Below are positions 1-13,100 of a stretch of DNA of 42,004 nucleotides, piece by piece. Below the pieces are notes generated by a model that was not told the DNA's origin, made no database searches, and saw nothing but the letters and a program-made list of their open reading frames with translations. Source of the stretch: Reclinomonas americana ATCC 50394 (taxonomy: Eukaryota); the NCBI GenBank assembly GCA_048213135.1, contig PS015067.1:15021-57024 (forward strand), given 5' to 3'. Position 1 is the stretch's first letter, and every line of letters begins with the position of its first letter. The position numbers were made by a program, and so were the translations under genes.

Positions 1-48
1 CGTACGTACGTACGTACGTACGTACGTACGTACGTACGTACGTACGTA

Positions 49-131
<83 letters not shown>
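1..131. repeat. (CGTA)n tetranucleotide repeat (1-48) followed by a (CT)n microsatellite, within an intron of the first gene
   Basis: Direct read of the sequence; followed by an acceptor-like ...gcgcgcag at 145. Confidence 0.95.
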
Positions 132-135
<4 letters not shown>

Positions 136-145
136 GTGCGCGCAG

Positions 146-2176
146 CAATATGTCGTCACCGTCCACGCTGTGCCCGCCGTCGATCGCCAGCCAGTAAAGG
201 GCGTGGCGGTGTCCTCGTTGTCGCCCATGTGCACACTTGGCGAGTTGTTGGCAGAGGCCACCTGTTTGCTGCGCGCGGCGCTCCGCAACGATGCACTGCA
301 CATTGAGGGTGTGGTGAAGCCGGTCGCCTTCAATCTCGCCGCCGTGTCTCACCTGCGAGCAATCGATCTCGGAATCAAGCACAACTCCAGCATGACGGTG
401 CTCATGTTGCGTGCGCCGGCCGCCATTGTCGCCAAGTGCAGACTGTCACACTCACCGTTGTCACACAGCGCCTCTGCGCCGCCGCCGCCACCACCACCAC
501 CGGAAGACATCGCCGAATCACATCCTCCGCTTCCCCCATCTGCCGCCGCCTCCACACACCTTGCTCCTGCATCGCCGGCGCCGGCTCCCCCTTCTCCACC
601 GCCACCACCACCGCATTCGCCGCGCGCACCGTATCTGCTGCGCGTCAAGCTGGTCGGTGTGCCTGGGTTGGTGACGACAACGTTCACCTTGGACCATCTG
701 CATCAGTTGTCCAAGAAGGCGGCAGTGCGAGCGTCAGTGGCGGCCCTGCTCAGCCGTCTCCCTGGTGGTGCAACACTGCAGGTCATGTCAATCGTCAAGC
801 CCATCGACTTTGCCGACGAGTCGAAAGTGGACGACCTGCGAAACTACAATAGTGGGACAAAAATCAAGTGCCGTGTGCGCGACACGTTGCGTGTGCTCGT
901 GCTGTTCCGTCGCGTGTGTGTGTTGATATATGCGTAGTCAATGTCGCGGCCGTGGTGCGCAGTGCCGAACCCGAATTTTCTCCCTCGCCAACGGTGGCGA
1001 CACCCAGTCCTGTGCCGGATGTCGGTGATCAAAGCGTGCAGTCGCGGTTCGTGTTCGTCTCACTCGTGACCTGTGTGGAGGTGGGGTCGGCTGACACACA
1101 CTGAATGATCGGCACAGAGCCATGAATCACATTCGGTTGGTGATGGCCATCGGCCACTTGACACGCGCGCTGCAGCAGCGGGTGGAGCTGGCGTTGCCGG
1201 TGTTTTGTCGCCAGTACCATGTTAATGTGCGCGACTGGTGCGACAAGCCGTCGTCGTCATCGTCGTCGTCGTCGGCAGCTTCCGCGGCAGCAGTGCCGTC
1301 GTCACCCTCGCCCAAGTACGTGTGAACCACCCGCCTTCCGAAGAGTCAGGTCGTAGGGGAGGTGCATGCTGATCGCGAGTGTCGTACGTACCGCAGACCA
1401 GCGACATCTCGCAAGTTTGTCAAAGTCAGCGCCGACATGCACCATGTTGTGTTTGAGTGGAAGCAACGCTTCGACGCCGAGGGAGAACATGCGCAACCGT
1501 CTTGTGCCAGGTTCGACATTACCCTGTTGGCCTCGATTCTCCAGTATGCCTTTGCGGTTGACGCCAACGGAGTGGAGCATTTGCTCGTTGAGGGCGTTGA
1601 GGAGGTTTGGTCGATATTTTCTCTCTCAGTGCTTATCGCCTTCCCCCTCTCTCCCTTACTCTCCTCGTGCTCTCTCACTCTCTGAAGCGCGATGCAATCC
1701 ATCGCATGGTCCAATTCCGCAATGCGATAGTGCACCGCCCATTCCCGACCGCCGACGACACTGAAGTGGAGGCACTACTTGGCGACGGTCACAGCAATCC
1801 AGGAATACTGCTTCAGCTTGCAAGCTCGCTGTCGCTGTCACCGGAGCAGCGACAGGCATTACTGGATGGACTCGACTGTGCGCGCCGCGGTGAGTGCAAG
1901 TCTCGGCGATGGGCGCGCTTACCGAGCACGCCGCTGTCGTCGCTGAACAACCTGTGCGCGCTGCAGCCGTCTTTCTGCAAGTCGACGTGCACAATGTGCT
2001 CGAGCGCAGGTGTGAGCGCGAGCTGGCTCACTTTCGTGAAGACGAGTCGATATCTACGCTTTTGTCGACGTGTGTGCCCCTGTCATGCACCGACGACCCG
2101 GCCAAGCGGACCGCGCAACGAACACTGGACGAAGAGGTGAGGAACCGCGCGGAAATGGGAGAGTTGATTGCAGCAA
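146..2176 (+). CDS. Multi-exon protein (5' end outside the window, 3' end in a gap) with two possible ubiquitin-like repeats, Pro/Ser-rich linkers and a DZIP3/hRUL138-like HEPN domain
   Basis: Spliced frames: QYVVTVHAVP...IDLGIKHNSSMTV, poly-Pro, YLLRVKLVG...SGTKIKCR|VNV...; ...ARFDITLLASILQYAF...VEE|RDAIHRMVQFRNAIVHRP (FDITLL plus RNxxxH); short GT-AG introns at ~875-937, ~1036-1117, ~1316-1396, ~1604-1687, ~1890-1966. Confidence 0.6.
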
Positions 2177-2535
2177 NNNNNNNNNNNNNNNNNNNNNNNN
2201 NNNNNNNNNNNNNNNNNNNNNNNNNNNNNNNNNNNNNNNNNNNNNNNNNNNNNNNNNNNNNNNNNNNNNNNNNNNNNNNNNNNNNNNNNNNNNNNNNNNN
2301 NNNNNNNNNNNNNNNNNNNNNNNNNNNNNNNNNNNNNNNNNNNNNNNNNNNNNNNNNNNNNNNNNNNNNNNNNNNNNNNNNNNNNNNNNNNNNNNNNNNN
2401 NNNNNNNNNNNNNNNNNNNNNNNNNNNNNNNNNNNNNNNNNNNNNNNNNNCGGAAAAAAGGGTCAGTCATTGTCCTTTGTTGTCCCAGCTGACGTCGTCA
2501 GAGCGCGCACACCGACGACGGATCGCACACACAAT

Positions 2536-4306
2536 ATGCTCCGACTTTTGTGCCCCGCGCGATTGCTTGCAAAGCGTCGAATGTTGCGGCGCACGCCATA
2601 TTATGCCTTGTTCTGTGTGTGTCTTGTGACAACGACAAAATCTCGCATTGGTCGACTGCTGCACTCGTCGTTTGCGGTGGCGCTCTTTCTTGTCTATATA
2701 GATCATTCACTCTTTGTGTGAGCAACGAACTGTCTCTGCGTGGCATGTGTGTGTGCGTGTGTGTCTCATGTGTGCGCATGGGCGCGCAAGTGGGTTTTGT
2801 TGGGTGCGCATTTTTTCGAGTCTCCCCCCAGTCGTCCACGTTACATTCGCCTCCTCTCGTGTCGCCTGTTGCTGACAAACTTGCACGTGCGTACAGTGAT
2901 GTCGGTCGCACTCTGTTTCCGTCGACTGCGCGATCATCATCATCGTCTTCATCATCTCCGTCTCCATCTCCGTCTCCCTCTGCACCGCCACTCGATGCTC
3001 CTCCACCTCCCTCACGACCACCAGCAACCACCGCGACCACCGCCTCTCTTTCCAATGTGATGTTGGCCAGCAATCCGACCCAGTTGTCGGTGTTGCGCAA
3101 GCGGGCCGACATGGTTGGCGGAGTGCACTTTGGCAAGCCGCACGTCAAGCAGGTCGAACGTGAGCTGTTGAGTACGCTGGCCGAGTTTCGGCAGGTGCAT
3201 GGATTCGGGCGAGCGATTGCGGCGCCACAGATTGGTCACCTGGTCCAGATGATTGGCCTCAATCTCGGGGCCGACATGAATCGCCTGGTGTCGGGCCACC
3301 CCGACCCGTTTGTCATTGTCAATCCGCTGATCATTGAGCACAGTCGGCACATGTTTACGTTGCGTGGGGGGAGTGGAGGGGGGAAGGGGGGAGGGAAGGG
3401 AAGGGAGGAGGGGACAGCGAGAGTGGCCAAGGAGGGGGAGAGGAAAACAGTGAGACAGGGAAGACGAAGAGGAGAGGAAGGGGAGGGATGAGCAAGAGTG
3501 GGTGGATGGTGTCTCACATCGTGCGGAAGGAGGGGGAGGGGGGAAAGAGAGGAGTGAGAAAGGAAACATGAAGGAAGAGGATGCGAAGGGAAAAGGGAAG
3601 ACGAAGAGGAAGGGGAGGGAGAGGATGGAGAGGGGACAGCGCAAGTGGGTGCATAGTGTCTCACCTGTGCCTGTAAACCGGCTTCTCACATCGTGCGGAG
3701 GGAGGGGAGGAGGAAAGGGGAGGAGGAGAGAGAAATGCGAGAGCGGATGGATGGTATCTTGCTGTGTCTGTGCACTGGCTCCACGCATTGTGTGGAGGGA
3801 GGGCGGGAAGGGGGAGAGTGGCAGATCTGAGAACGCGTTGTGGTGCCGTTCCTGCGCTTGCTGATGATTGTGCGCCCTTGGCTGTGCGACGAGGCCCGAA
3901 AAACTCGTGGAATCACGTGTGTATGGGATTTCTCTCTCTCACTCTTTCTCATTCGTCCAATCCTTTCTCTCAGACGTCCTCCTCCTCCCTCACATTCGCC
4001 TCCCTCACAACCTCCTCTTGCAACAGCCTGTGGGACGACTGCATGTCGTTTCCCGACTTGATGTTCAGAGTTCGCCGCCACACATCCATCAGCATCGAGT
4101 ACCAGCTGGCCGACGGGAGTCCGCGTCGCTGGTCGAACATAACGCGCGAATTCTCCGAGTTGCTGCAACACGAAATCGATCACCTCAACGGCGTGCTCAT
4201 GTGCGATCGCGCACTGCCGGGCTCCGACGCGGTTTTGCGCAGCGACTACTTGGAGCGCAAGCAATTTTACGACCTGCAAGTAGACTACAGCATTCAACCC
4301 ACATGA
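2536..4306 (+). CDS. def: Peptide deformylase family protein with a probable organellar targeting peptide (start approximate)
   Basis: GRAIAAPQIG (3207-3236), VIVNPLI, then intron 3359-4026 joining MFT|LWDDCMSFP, and QHEIDHLNG (~4166-4192); stop at 4304-4306; MLRLLCPARLLAKR N-terminus at 2536. Confidence 0.85.
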
Positions 4307-4450
4307 CTCTTGTCACCTCTGCCACCAATGAATGCTGCAACTTGAAAGAACTTCTGTTGTTGGTGTGTCACTTTTACTACTCGCCGCGATGGCCACACTA
4401 ACTGTTATTGACACAAATTCGTACTGTACTCTGATGCTGTCTGCGCCGTG

Positions 4451-5951
4451 CTACACATTGGCCGACAACTTGGTCGACTTGCCAAGCTCCAGCTGCATCG
4501 GCTTTGTTGTCTTGCCCTGTTGTGCATACCTGGTGGGGCACAAAAAAATCGTGAGTAACAGCACATCAGCACCACCACCACCACCACCAACACCACCACT
4601 GCTACTCACGTGTCCATTACGCTCGTCACATAGGTCTTGAACATTTCCTCTTCCTCCGCCATGGCCTGCTGCAACAATCGGCCCTCCAGTCGCTCCAGTT
4701 CCTTCTCCTCCTGCTCCGTGAGCTGGCGCTCGTGCTGCAACGCAACAACGAAACATCCCGCCGGTCAGCATCAGATTCTCTCTTACATGCATGCGCCCGC
4801 GTGTGTGGCAACAACGCAACTGCTTGTCGCTGTTGGTATTCCATGATTCTGCGCCGCTCCTCGTACACGCGCTGTCGCTCGGCGGCTTCCTGCTCCAGCA
4901 GGTGCTCACGGAGGATTTCTTGCGCCATCCTATTCTGCGCCTCCAATCCGCTCTCGGCGCTTCGCACACGCTGCTTGTGTACCATCTGCGCTTGCCGACT
5001 GCGATGCAGCTCCTGCTTGATAAGACGCTGGCGTTCCGCCTTGGCCGCCTGCGTGGCCTGGAACTGCTGCTCTTGTGCTTGTTTCTGTAATCGCGGTGGC
5101 GGCGTGCGTCAGTCTCGTGCAGTACACGTCAACCCACTCGTCCTCTACCACACTGGCTCACCTGCTCCTCCACTCGTCGGTTGATGACCGCATCCAGATC
5201 GACCAGTTCTCGCCGCTGCTTCTCAATCAGTCTGTTGAGCTCCTTCAGTTTCGTCTCGCGACGCTCCTTGGCCGTCTGCTGAATGTGCGACTGCTCCTCG
5301 TGCTTCATGGAAGCGTAGGCGAGTACCGCGGCTTCGTATTCGCGCTCCGACTCGGCGAGCGCCTGTCGCTTTTGCTGTGATTGTCGGAAAAATGGTAAGC
5401 GCACGAAGAAGAAAAACAGTCTTGCTGTCGTCCATCCTCACCTCACGCTCCTCGAATGCCTGGTGGTACATGGCCATCAGCTCGCTCGCCTCTGCCTTGC
5501 GAGTCGACCTTCGCGTCACCTCCTTTTGAATCTGTGCCGTTGCCGCTTGCCGGATTGTGTCACCCTCCGACAGGTACTCCTGTGCGTGAAGCGTCAACCA
5601 CCAAAATGTGCCAGCGAGTGAGCGCGCCAGAAAGAGAAAGAGATCAAGACAAACCTCGCGTGCCTGCTGCTTCTGTGCACGGCGCTCCACAATCTGCACC
5701 GCGACCTCCGACTTGTGCTCACGAGCACGTTGCCATTTCTCCAACTTCTCGCGGCGCTCCTTCTCATCGCCAGCCCTCACCGTCTCCAAAATGCTGCAGC
5801 CGAACCGATAAGCACATCTCCCTCCTCCTGCCTACAAGCAAGACAGACACGACCAGAGAGAGGTGGTACGCAACACTTGAGTGAACTCGTCGTCAATGGT
5901 GGCCTTTTCTGCCTGACGGGCACGCTTGATTTCGATCTGCCGCTCTCGCTC
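4451..5951 (-). CDS. Trichohyalin-plectin-homology (TPH) coiled-coil protein, CFAP210/CCDC173-like (5' part probably missing at the gap near 6014)
   Basis: Successive E/Q/R/K-rich helical exons (ERERQIEIKRARQAEK; DEKERREKLEKWQRAREHK; YEAAVLAYASMKHEE; ELHRSRQAQMVHKQR; MAEEEEMFKT) and C-terminal YAQQGKTTKPMQLEL. Confidence 0.55.
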
Positions 5952-6468
5952 CTGCACGTGGGTGCGCACGAGTGTTAAACATCCCGCTGCCTCTGCTGCT
6001 GCTGCTGCTGCGCNNNNNNNNNNNNNNNNNNNNGGAGGAAGAGAGAGAGCAGCAACAGCGCAATCTCACCGACAATCGATTCAGATAAACGTCCGCAGTC
6101 GGTCAGTCGAGCGGATCGGTCGAAATCAGCGAACGTTGCTGTCTCGGAAGGCTCGATCTCGCAGACTTGCTGGCCACGACCAACCATACGTAATGGTCTG
6201 CATACACGCAATTGTGAAGGCAGCTGCAGGTTTCGAATTATCTAAATGCAATTGTTCGAATTTGCTTTTCGCTTCACGGATCCGGACCCGGCTATGCTTT
6301 GTTTGCCTGGCGTATGCCCTTTTCCCGAATTCGATGTGCCGTGTACGATCGCAGAAAACGCTATGCGTCTATGCAAGTGTGTCAAATCCACTGGTCAACC
6401 ACGCTTATGCGGTGAAGATCGCAGTTCTCGACTTGTTCGGAGCTCCGACAACAACAACAACAACAACA

Positions 6469-7160
6469 ATTCATTCACCAACAAACAAGCAACAGCTGTC
6501 TTGATGACCAACAACAACAACTTTACTAATCCAAACAGCAGCAGCTGCATGATGATCACCATCTTGAGTGAGCACCAGAAACTCAGACATCACGTGCTAT
6601 CTTTCTTGCTTCCTTTTGGAATTCGGCGTCAAATCCATGCTTGTCATGAGCAGTGGTTTCTCTTGCAGAAACGCCAGCNNNNNNNNNNNNNNNNNNNNGT
6701 GCTATCTTTCTTGCTTCCTTTTTGGAATTCGGCGTCAAATCCATGCTTGTCATGAGCAGTGGTTTCTCTTGCAGAAACGCCAGCATTAGCCATCTCGACT
6801 TTCTCTCAGTGTTCACGTGATGTCTGAGTTTCTGGTGCTCACTCAAGATGGTGATCATCATGAAGCTGCTGCTGTTTGGATTAGTAAAGTTGTTGTTGTT
6901 GTTGTTTGGATTAGTAAAGTTGTTGTTGTTGTTGCAGCGAACACACACACACAAGGAACCTGCTGCTGCCTTAAGATTGGTGTCTGTGTTGATGTTTTGG
7001 ATACGCTGCGGTTGAACTTGGTCATCAAGACAGCTGTTGCTTGTTTGTTGGTGAATGAATATTGAGGTAGCCAGACCAGTAAAAGTTTCCGTGATGCATC
7101 AGTTCAAGATGGTGATCATCATGCAGCTGTGTTGCTAGTAAAGTTATTGTTGTTGTTGTC
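6469..7160. repeat. Imperfect inverted repeat (fold-back) with a third partial copy
   Basis: 6469-6511 is the reverse complement of 7018-7060; ~6508-6596 is the reverse complement of 6814-~6903; partial copy at ~7102-7160. Confidence 0.85.
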
Positions 7161-7196
7161 ATTCTTGTGCATTAATTATTCGCCACCCGCCCCTCA

Positions 7197-10100
7197 TTAT
7201 CTCTCTGTCTCCACTCGGCCATCCTCCTCAACATCATTGTCAACAAATCTCGGTCCTCCCTCGAGCTCACTTCCTCCCGGAGCAGCGGCAGAGGCAGTCG
7301 CTTCACCCTCTGGCAGCAGCAGCATTTCTCGCATGGAAGCATCGTGAGAGGGTGCAGCCTTCCGTCGTCGACCGCGATGCCACCACTGCATGCAACGAGC
7401 AGCGAGCATGACCACCGCATCGGCCACCACCGGAATGTACACTGTGACTGTCACCACCGACAAGATCACTGCCGTCCAACATGGAATCAGCCGTCTGCTC
7501 TCACTCCACATCACAGGCGCACTAACACACTCACCCACAGAGGTCACATATTGGAAATACTCGTCGGCCGGCGCCGCGAACACACAGCCCACTGCCGACA
7601 ATGCAAACTAGCACCACCAGGAATGAGCATTGAGCAAACACAGCAGCTCTCTCTCTCTTTCACACACACCAGCATGGTCTGCTCCGACAGGTTGTCCCAT
7701 CGCGTACGATAGGCGGCCACAAACAACTCGATGACAAACATGCCGGAGACGGCCAGCCACAGCGACAAGTGGAGTGGCGTCAAATCATCGCGCACGGCCA
7801 GTGGCGTGAAGAGCAGCAAGAGCACAATACGGCGGGCGAGCAGAACGGATTCCCACCTGCATTCACACAAGTCAGTACTTTCAGTACACATGAGAGTCAT
7901 CGAAGGATACGGAGAAGAGCAACAAACCAGTACACCGGCGCTCTGTAGTTCTCGAACCACACGCCTGGGAGACAATGCCAGAGGATGAGCGTAGCGCATC
8001 CAACATGTTCGTCAACTGTCGTGCACATACTCACCGACAATCTTCGTGAATCGCGGATGTGCAACTGGTTTCGTGAGCGTGGGAGCCTCCACTTCCAGTC
8101 GGCCTGTACGTCGCCATCTCCACAACAGCAAGCCAACCGTTATCGGGAACAGGCATTCCTGTGAAACGATATTAACACCACACACATAATCACTCGTTTC
8201 TTTTCCTCTCCACTTTCTCTCGTTTCACTCGGGGACAGGCATTCTCGCGAAATGATATAAACATTAATGTCGATAGACGTATTCCCTCTCTCTCTTCTCT
8301 TAAGGAACATTCACTAGTCCGTACACATCAATCGACTAGTCTCGCGCGCGCGCTCTCTCTCTCTGTGGAACAGGCATCTCGCGAACACAACTTTACGACA
8401 GCGACACACATATCCCCAATTTTCTCTTTCTCTCACTCTCCTCTGCAGGGAACATGCATACCTGCGAAAACTACGTCACTACGGACACAACTCTCTCTCT
8501 CCCCCCTTTTTTTCACACCTCTCTAGAGAGCAGGTATTCCTGCGACAAGACATAATCACCACACACATAATCACTCATTTCGCTCCCTCCAAAGCTCTTT
8601 CTTCTCTCCTCTGCTCCTCTCTCAATCTCCCTGCTTCTCTTCGGGAACAGGCGCTCCTGCAAAAGACGTAAACAAAGCTATGCTGACACACATATCCGCA
8701 CATCCCTCTCTCTTTCTCTCCCAGAAGCATCCAGTACTACCAAACTGACACATGTTTCCTCTCCTCTCTCTCTCTCTCTCTGTGGTCTCTCTTCCCTTCC
8801 CCTCTCTCCCTTCCCCTTTCCCCTCCCTCCCCCTTCCCACTTTCTCACCAACACCAACAGCGTAGCATACAATCCAGTCCAATGGCGGAAGGTATCCGTG
8901 TCACACTGGATGGCCGGCAAGAACGAGTTGTACATACTGTGCACGCGCAAGTCAGTCGTGTGCCTCAAGTGCGTTCGTGGAGAAAACATGCACGCACTTG
9001 CCACCCGGGAGCGTCTTGCAGTTGAAAAAGGAGAAGGTGGTCTGCAAAGGGTGATGGGATTAGAGAGAGAGAGAGAGGTGGGACAATGCAATCAGTGCGC
9101 AATGTGAGATGATTGTCTTGCGTGCTCGCTCTCCTTCGCTCTTCGTGCCTCTGAGAGCATGAGCACGAGTGAACCACCAACCTGCGTGATGCCGGGAAAG
9201 ACATTGACCACTACAGTGCGGTAGCAAACGGGTGAGTGAAATAGCGCACAGCGTGCAAGGCAACTCTCTCAGCTGCTCTTCACGCAACCCATTGCCAGTG
9301 TGGTTCGCGAGTAGTAGTCCGGATGTGCCCACAAGCAAAAGTTGACGACCCACGTGGGTGATGTGGAATCTGTCCCGCACCGCCAGTGAGGAGACTGGAA
9401 TCACTGGCACAGCATGCAGCATCGCAGCAGCTCACCAACAGCAGCAACTGTTCGCACAATGCGTGCAATCGTCCAGTGCACCAGGAACACAATCCAGACA
9501 AACACTTGCATGGAGGGTAAAGGGCGCCCGTCAGAATGTACAGCAAGAGCGTCGCACACGCGCACGAAAACATGTACCAAAGCAAAACAGCGGCTGTATG
9601 AGTCCAACAATAAGAGTGCCGTACGGCGACACTTGGAAGGGACACTGTGAATGCTATAGTAAGACATATGCCATGCACACAAATCACAGCATTCTCTGCA
9701 CTCAGCCCCTCTTCCCCATTGCCCTTCTGTGTCCTCAACTCACCGACGAGTGGCCGGTGAAGGACGCGCGAAAATCGAATGCCCGCTGAATCACATAGTA
9801 CGAACTCTGCGCGCACATGTTGGCGTTGTGAGTGAAAACGCGTCGGCACCGCCGCTCCCCGCAGTCGCGCACGCACCGATGGGTAGAACATGAGACCTGC
9901 GGATTGGAAAGCAAGGCGAAAGTGAACAAGAGATGCACAAAGTAGTCGCGAAACTGCACGACATCGTACACACCAGCCGACTGCCACATGAAAATGACGA
10001 TTCTGGTGCTGGCTGACACCTTGCGCTGCGATAGTACGTGTACCAGTAGCGCAAGGAATAGACCTTGCGCAATCCACTGTCCAAGCCACGCACCGTCGGT

Positions 10101-13100
10101 CAGACCAAAGAGACGAACGCTGGGTACTATCGCCGCAAATTTTTTTTACACACCAGCGCAATGACACTGCCGCTTCCGCTGCCCGTGCACGGGACGCAGT
10201 CGTGCATCCATGGTACGTAGCCAGCGTCACATTGACCACACAAGGGCGACGCGCTGTCTCGATGCGTCCAGGGAGCACAGAAGGTGCCTTGTGGCACCCC
10301 AGAAACCACACCCGTGACCATGCCGGGGGTTGGCTGCCGTCAAATGGATGAGCACAGACGCAATACGCGCACACATGCTACTGCGTGTGTGTGTGTGACA
10401 TACCGGTGGCGGAGCCACATTCCGAGGAGTTGATGATGACGACGGTGGGGCCGAGCTGCTGGAGCGCAAGCACCAGTCGAACGGACACCGCACAGGCGAC
10501 ACAGTTAGAGTCACAGGATCCACGGCAGGCCAGTACCCCTCGTCAACGATTAGGGTATTGCCGCCCTACATGTGCGCGAGGAGCTGGCAATGTGAGCGAG
10601 GGCTGATCAAAAAAACACTCCGCACGTCACACGCAACTGGACATTGCGCCACGGAGGGACACGTGGCACAACTCGCAGAGTTGAGGGAAAAGTCATATTG
10701 GCCGTACGGACACGCACTGCAGCGAATCGGGAATAGGCGTGGAACAACACCAAAGCCAGGCGGGCAGCCGCTCATGGTGGGCGACATGGTCACCAAACCA
10801 CGCACAGTCGCCGTCGCTAATCATACACGCACAAGCAGAACGTGCCGTGAGCAGCCATCCGTACGTGTATTCCGTGGAGAGACCCTATCACCGCAGACGC
10901 AACATGGCAACTGGTACCAACTGGGTGTGGAAACATAGACCACGATCTCGTCGCCGATGCTCCCTTCAGGAAGCAATTGTAGAAAGCCGACGCCACTCAC
11001 CGTGGACGCCAACACATCGACAACAGTGCTGCGCAATAAAAGAACAAACGAGTTACGGCATGTACCTTGCGTCAATCCATGAGAATCACTGACCAGTTGG
11101 TGCATTTCGCCTCGACTACAAAATTGTTCAGTGTCGACATGAAATTCTCAAACACGTCGTAGACGCTGTACAGCACAGCACACACAATGTACGATTGTCA
11201 GCGATATGCACTTGAAGGTGGGCAGGGCAGAGAGGAAATGCCGAAGCACACCTTACGTTGAGGGTCGTAGGCAACCCGGGTACGAAAGACCACTGCGAGC
11301 CAACGTCGACGCGGTACGGAGACGATGCCATGCTCGGCCCGTACTCTGCGTAGTTGTTGTCGAACACGGTCTGCGACAGCAGATCGTCGCACAACGACAC
11401 AGCCAGCAATGCCGACAGATCCTGCCAACGTCAACAGTGAACATAGGCAGGCTCGCGCGCAGTCGCACAACAGCAATGTACCTCCGACTGAATAAACATG
11501 CCTCCACCGCCACCTAGCCCACCGTTTGGCAGAAGGGCAGTGCTGGCCACGACACTTGGCGCGCTTGCACGATTACCACGCATGTATACGTTCTGCACGT
11601 GGAACGGCTGGACACAGGGTGATTGCGACGAGCTGGTGGCACAGGCATGATGAGACGAAGGCATGCAACGAGATGCAGGTGGGCCCGGGAGTACTCACGA
11701 GATCATGGGCGGCACTGCGGAACTATTGACAAACATGGCGCCACCGAGCTGCGCCGTGTTCTCCAGAAACCACTGCAGAGTAAACCCACCAATGCGTTAC
11801 AGCCCATGGCACCACGTCGCTACTCGCTGTCTCTCTCCTGTCGCCACTCACCGATTGCACCACCTGCACGCTCCCGGTGCTTCCGATCCACAGCCCACCA
11901 CCGTTTGAGGCAGTGTTACCAGATAGCGTCCTGTAGTGCAAACAAACATCAACCACCGCACACCCTCGAGACGATATCCGTCGCAGAGAGACGCAACGTG
12001 TTCGCTACAAGAGCGGTGGCACTGTTCGACACAAACACTGCACCGCCCAGTGTTGCGCTGTGTAGTAGACCAGTGAATAGGGAGGCTACTTTACGAACTT
12101 TCTGACAAACCAAAAATGCGCACCTATTCGCGACAAATGACTGCGCCGCACCACCTCACAGCCATCAGCGCAACAACAACACACCATCGGGAGACAAGAG
12201 CAGCAACAAAAAAAGACGCAACGCAATTGGTCAGGGCCACCGACGACCTGCAGCATGGCGGCACACGGCAGGAGTGAGCGTACACGTCAGCACAGACAAC
12301 TGCGTGGGTAAACGACCACACAACTGCAGACGACCGCTAACAGCGCCACCATAGTAGGAAGTCGAATTCCCAAATGTGCATTGCGTAAAATTCACTTGGG
12401 CCTGCAAGCATTATCGTCACGCTCCGTGGAGACGCAAACACAGTACAGAACAGGAACTCTTATTTCATCCCCAACGCACCTGGTTTTCCAGATCAACAAC
12501 GCCCCCGTTGCCGACGCTCGTGCAGTTGCTGAATTGCACGTTGAAGACGTCAATCACGGAGCGATCATCGACAACCTGTGGACCCCGTGCGGGTGTTCAG
12601 AATAACGGACGACAGAGACCACCGAGGAGGCATGTGGACTGCTACTCACCAGGGCACCTCCGGCGTTGCCGCCAACTGCGCCCACAACAATCGAGTCGTG
12701 GAGCTGCAATCGAGAGGCGTCTGTCACGTAGAAACAGCTGCAAGAAAAACAACACCGTCAACATAAGCCCACGATTGTTATGGACACATTTGTGTCGGTC
12801 ACAGACACACCCTCCTGCAGACAAGTGAGATTGTTAGAAGACTGCATGGAAGCTGCGCAAGAAAAAAACAGTCAACACAGACAGCCAGCCAACCTCGCGC
12901 CGATGCTTGACACCGCAGCAGTGATGATGTACGCACAACCATGGTCGCGGTCTGCCGAAGGATGGCAACTCCTGCGTACTAGAAGATTAGCTGTCGACTG
13001 ACACATGCTTCGGCGGCAGACCACACACACACACCGCCATTGAAGGTTGCCGAGTTGCCATCAAAGAGTGAGTCGGTCACGGTCACCGGACCACTGCACA

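Noticed and set aside
1-48. (CGTA)n as a possible telomeric repeat
   Set aside because: Runs into a CT microsatellite and a splice acceptor with an open internal exon, so best read as an intronic microsatellite
3359-4026. Purine-rich and pyrimidine-rich ORFs inside the PDF gene
   Set aside because: Low-complexity intron sequence; splicing it out restores the MFTLWDDCMS reading frame
6594-6784. 85-bp direct duplication flanking a 20-N gap
   Set aside because: Near-identical copies abut the gap, typical of unmerged overlapping contig ends
8144-8672. CRISPR-like repeat/spacer appearance
   Set aside because: Repeats are degenerate, spacers are low-complexity and related to each other, the array lies in a spliceosomal intron, and there are no cas genes
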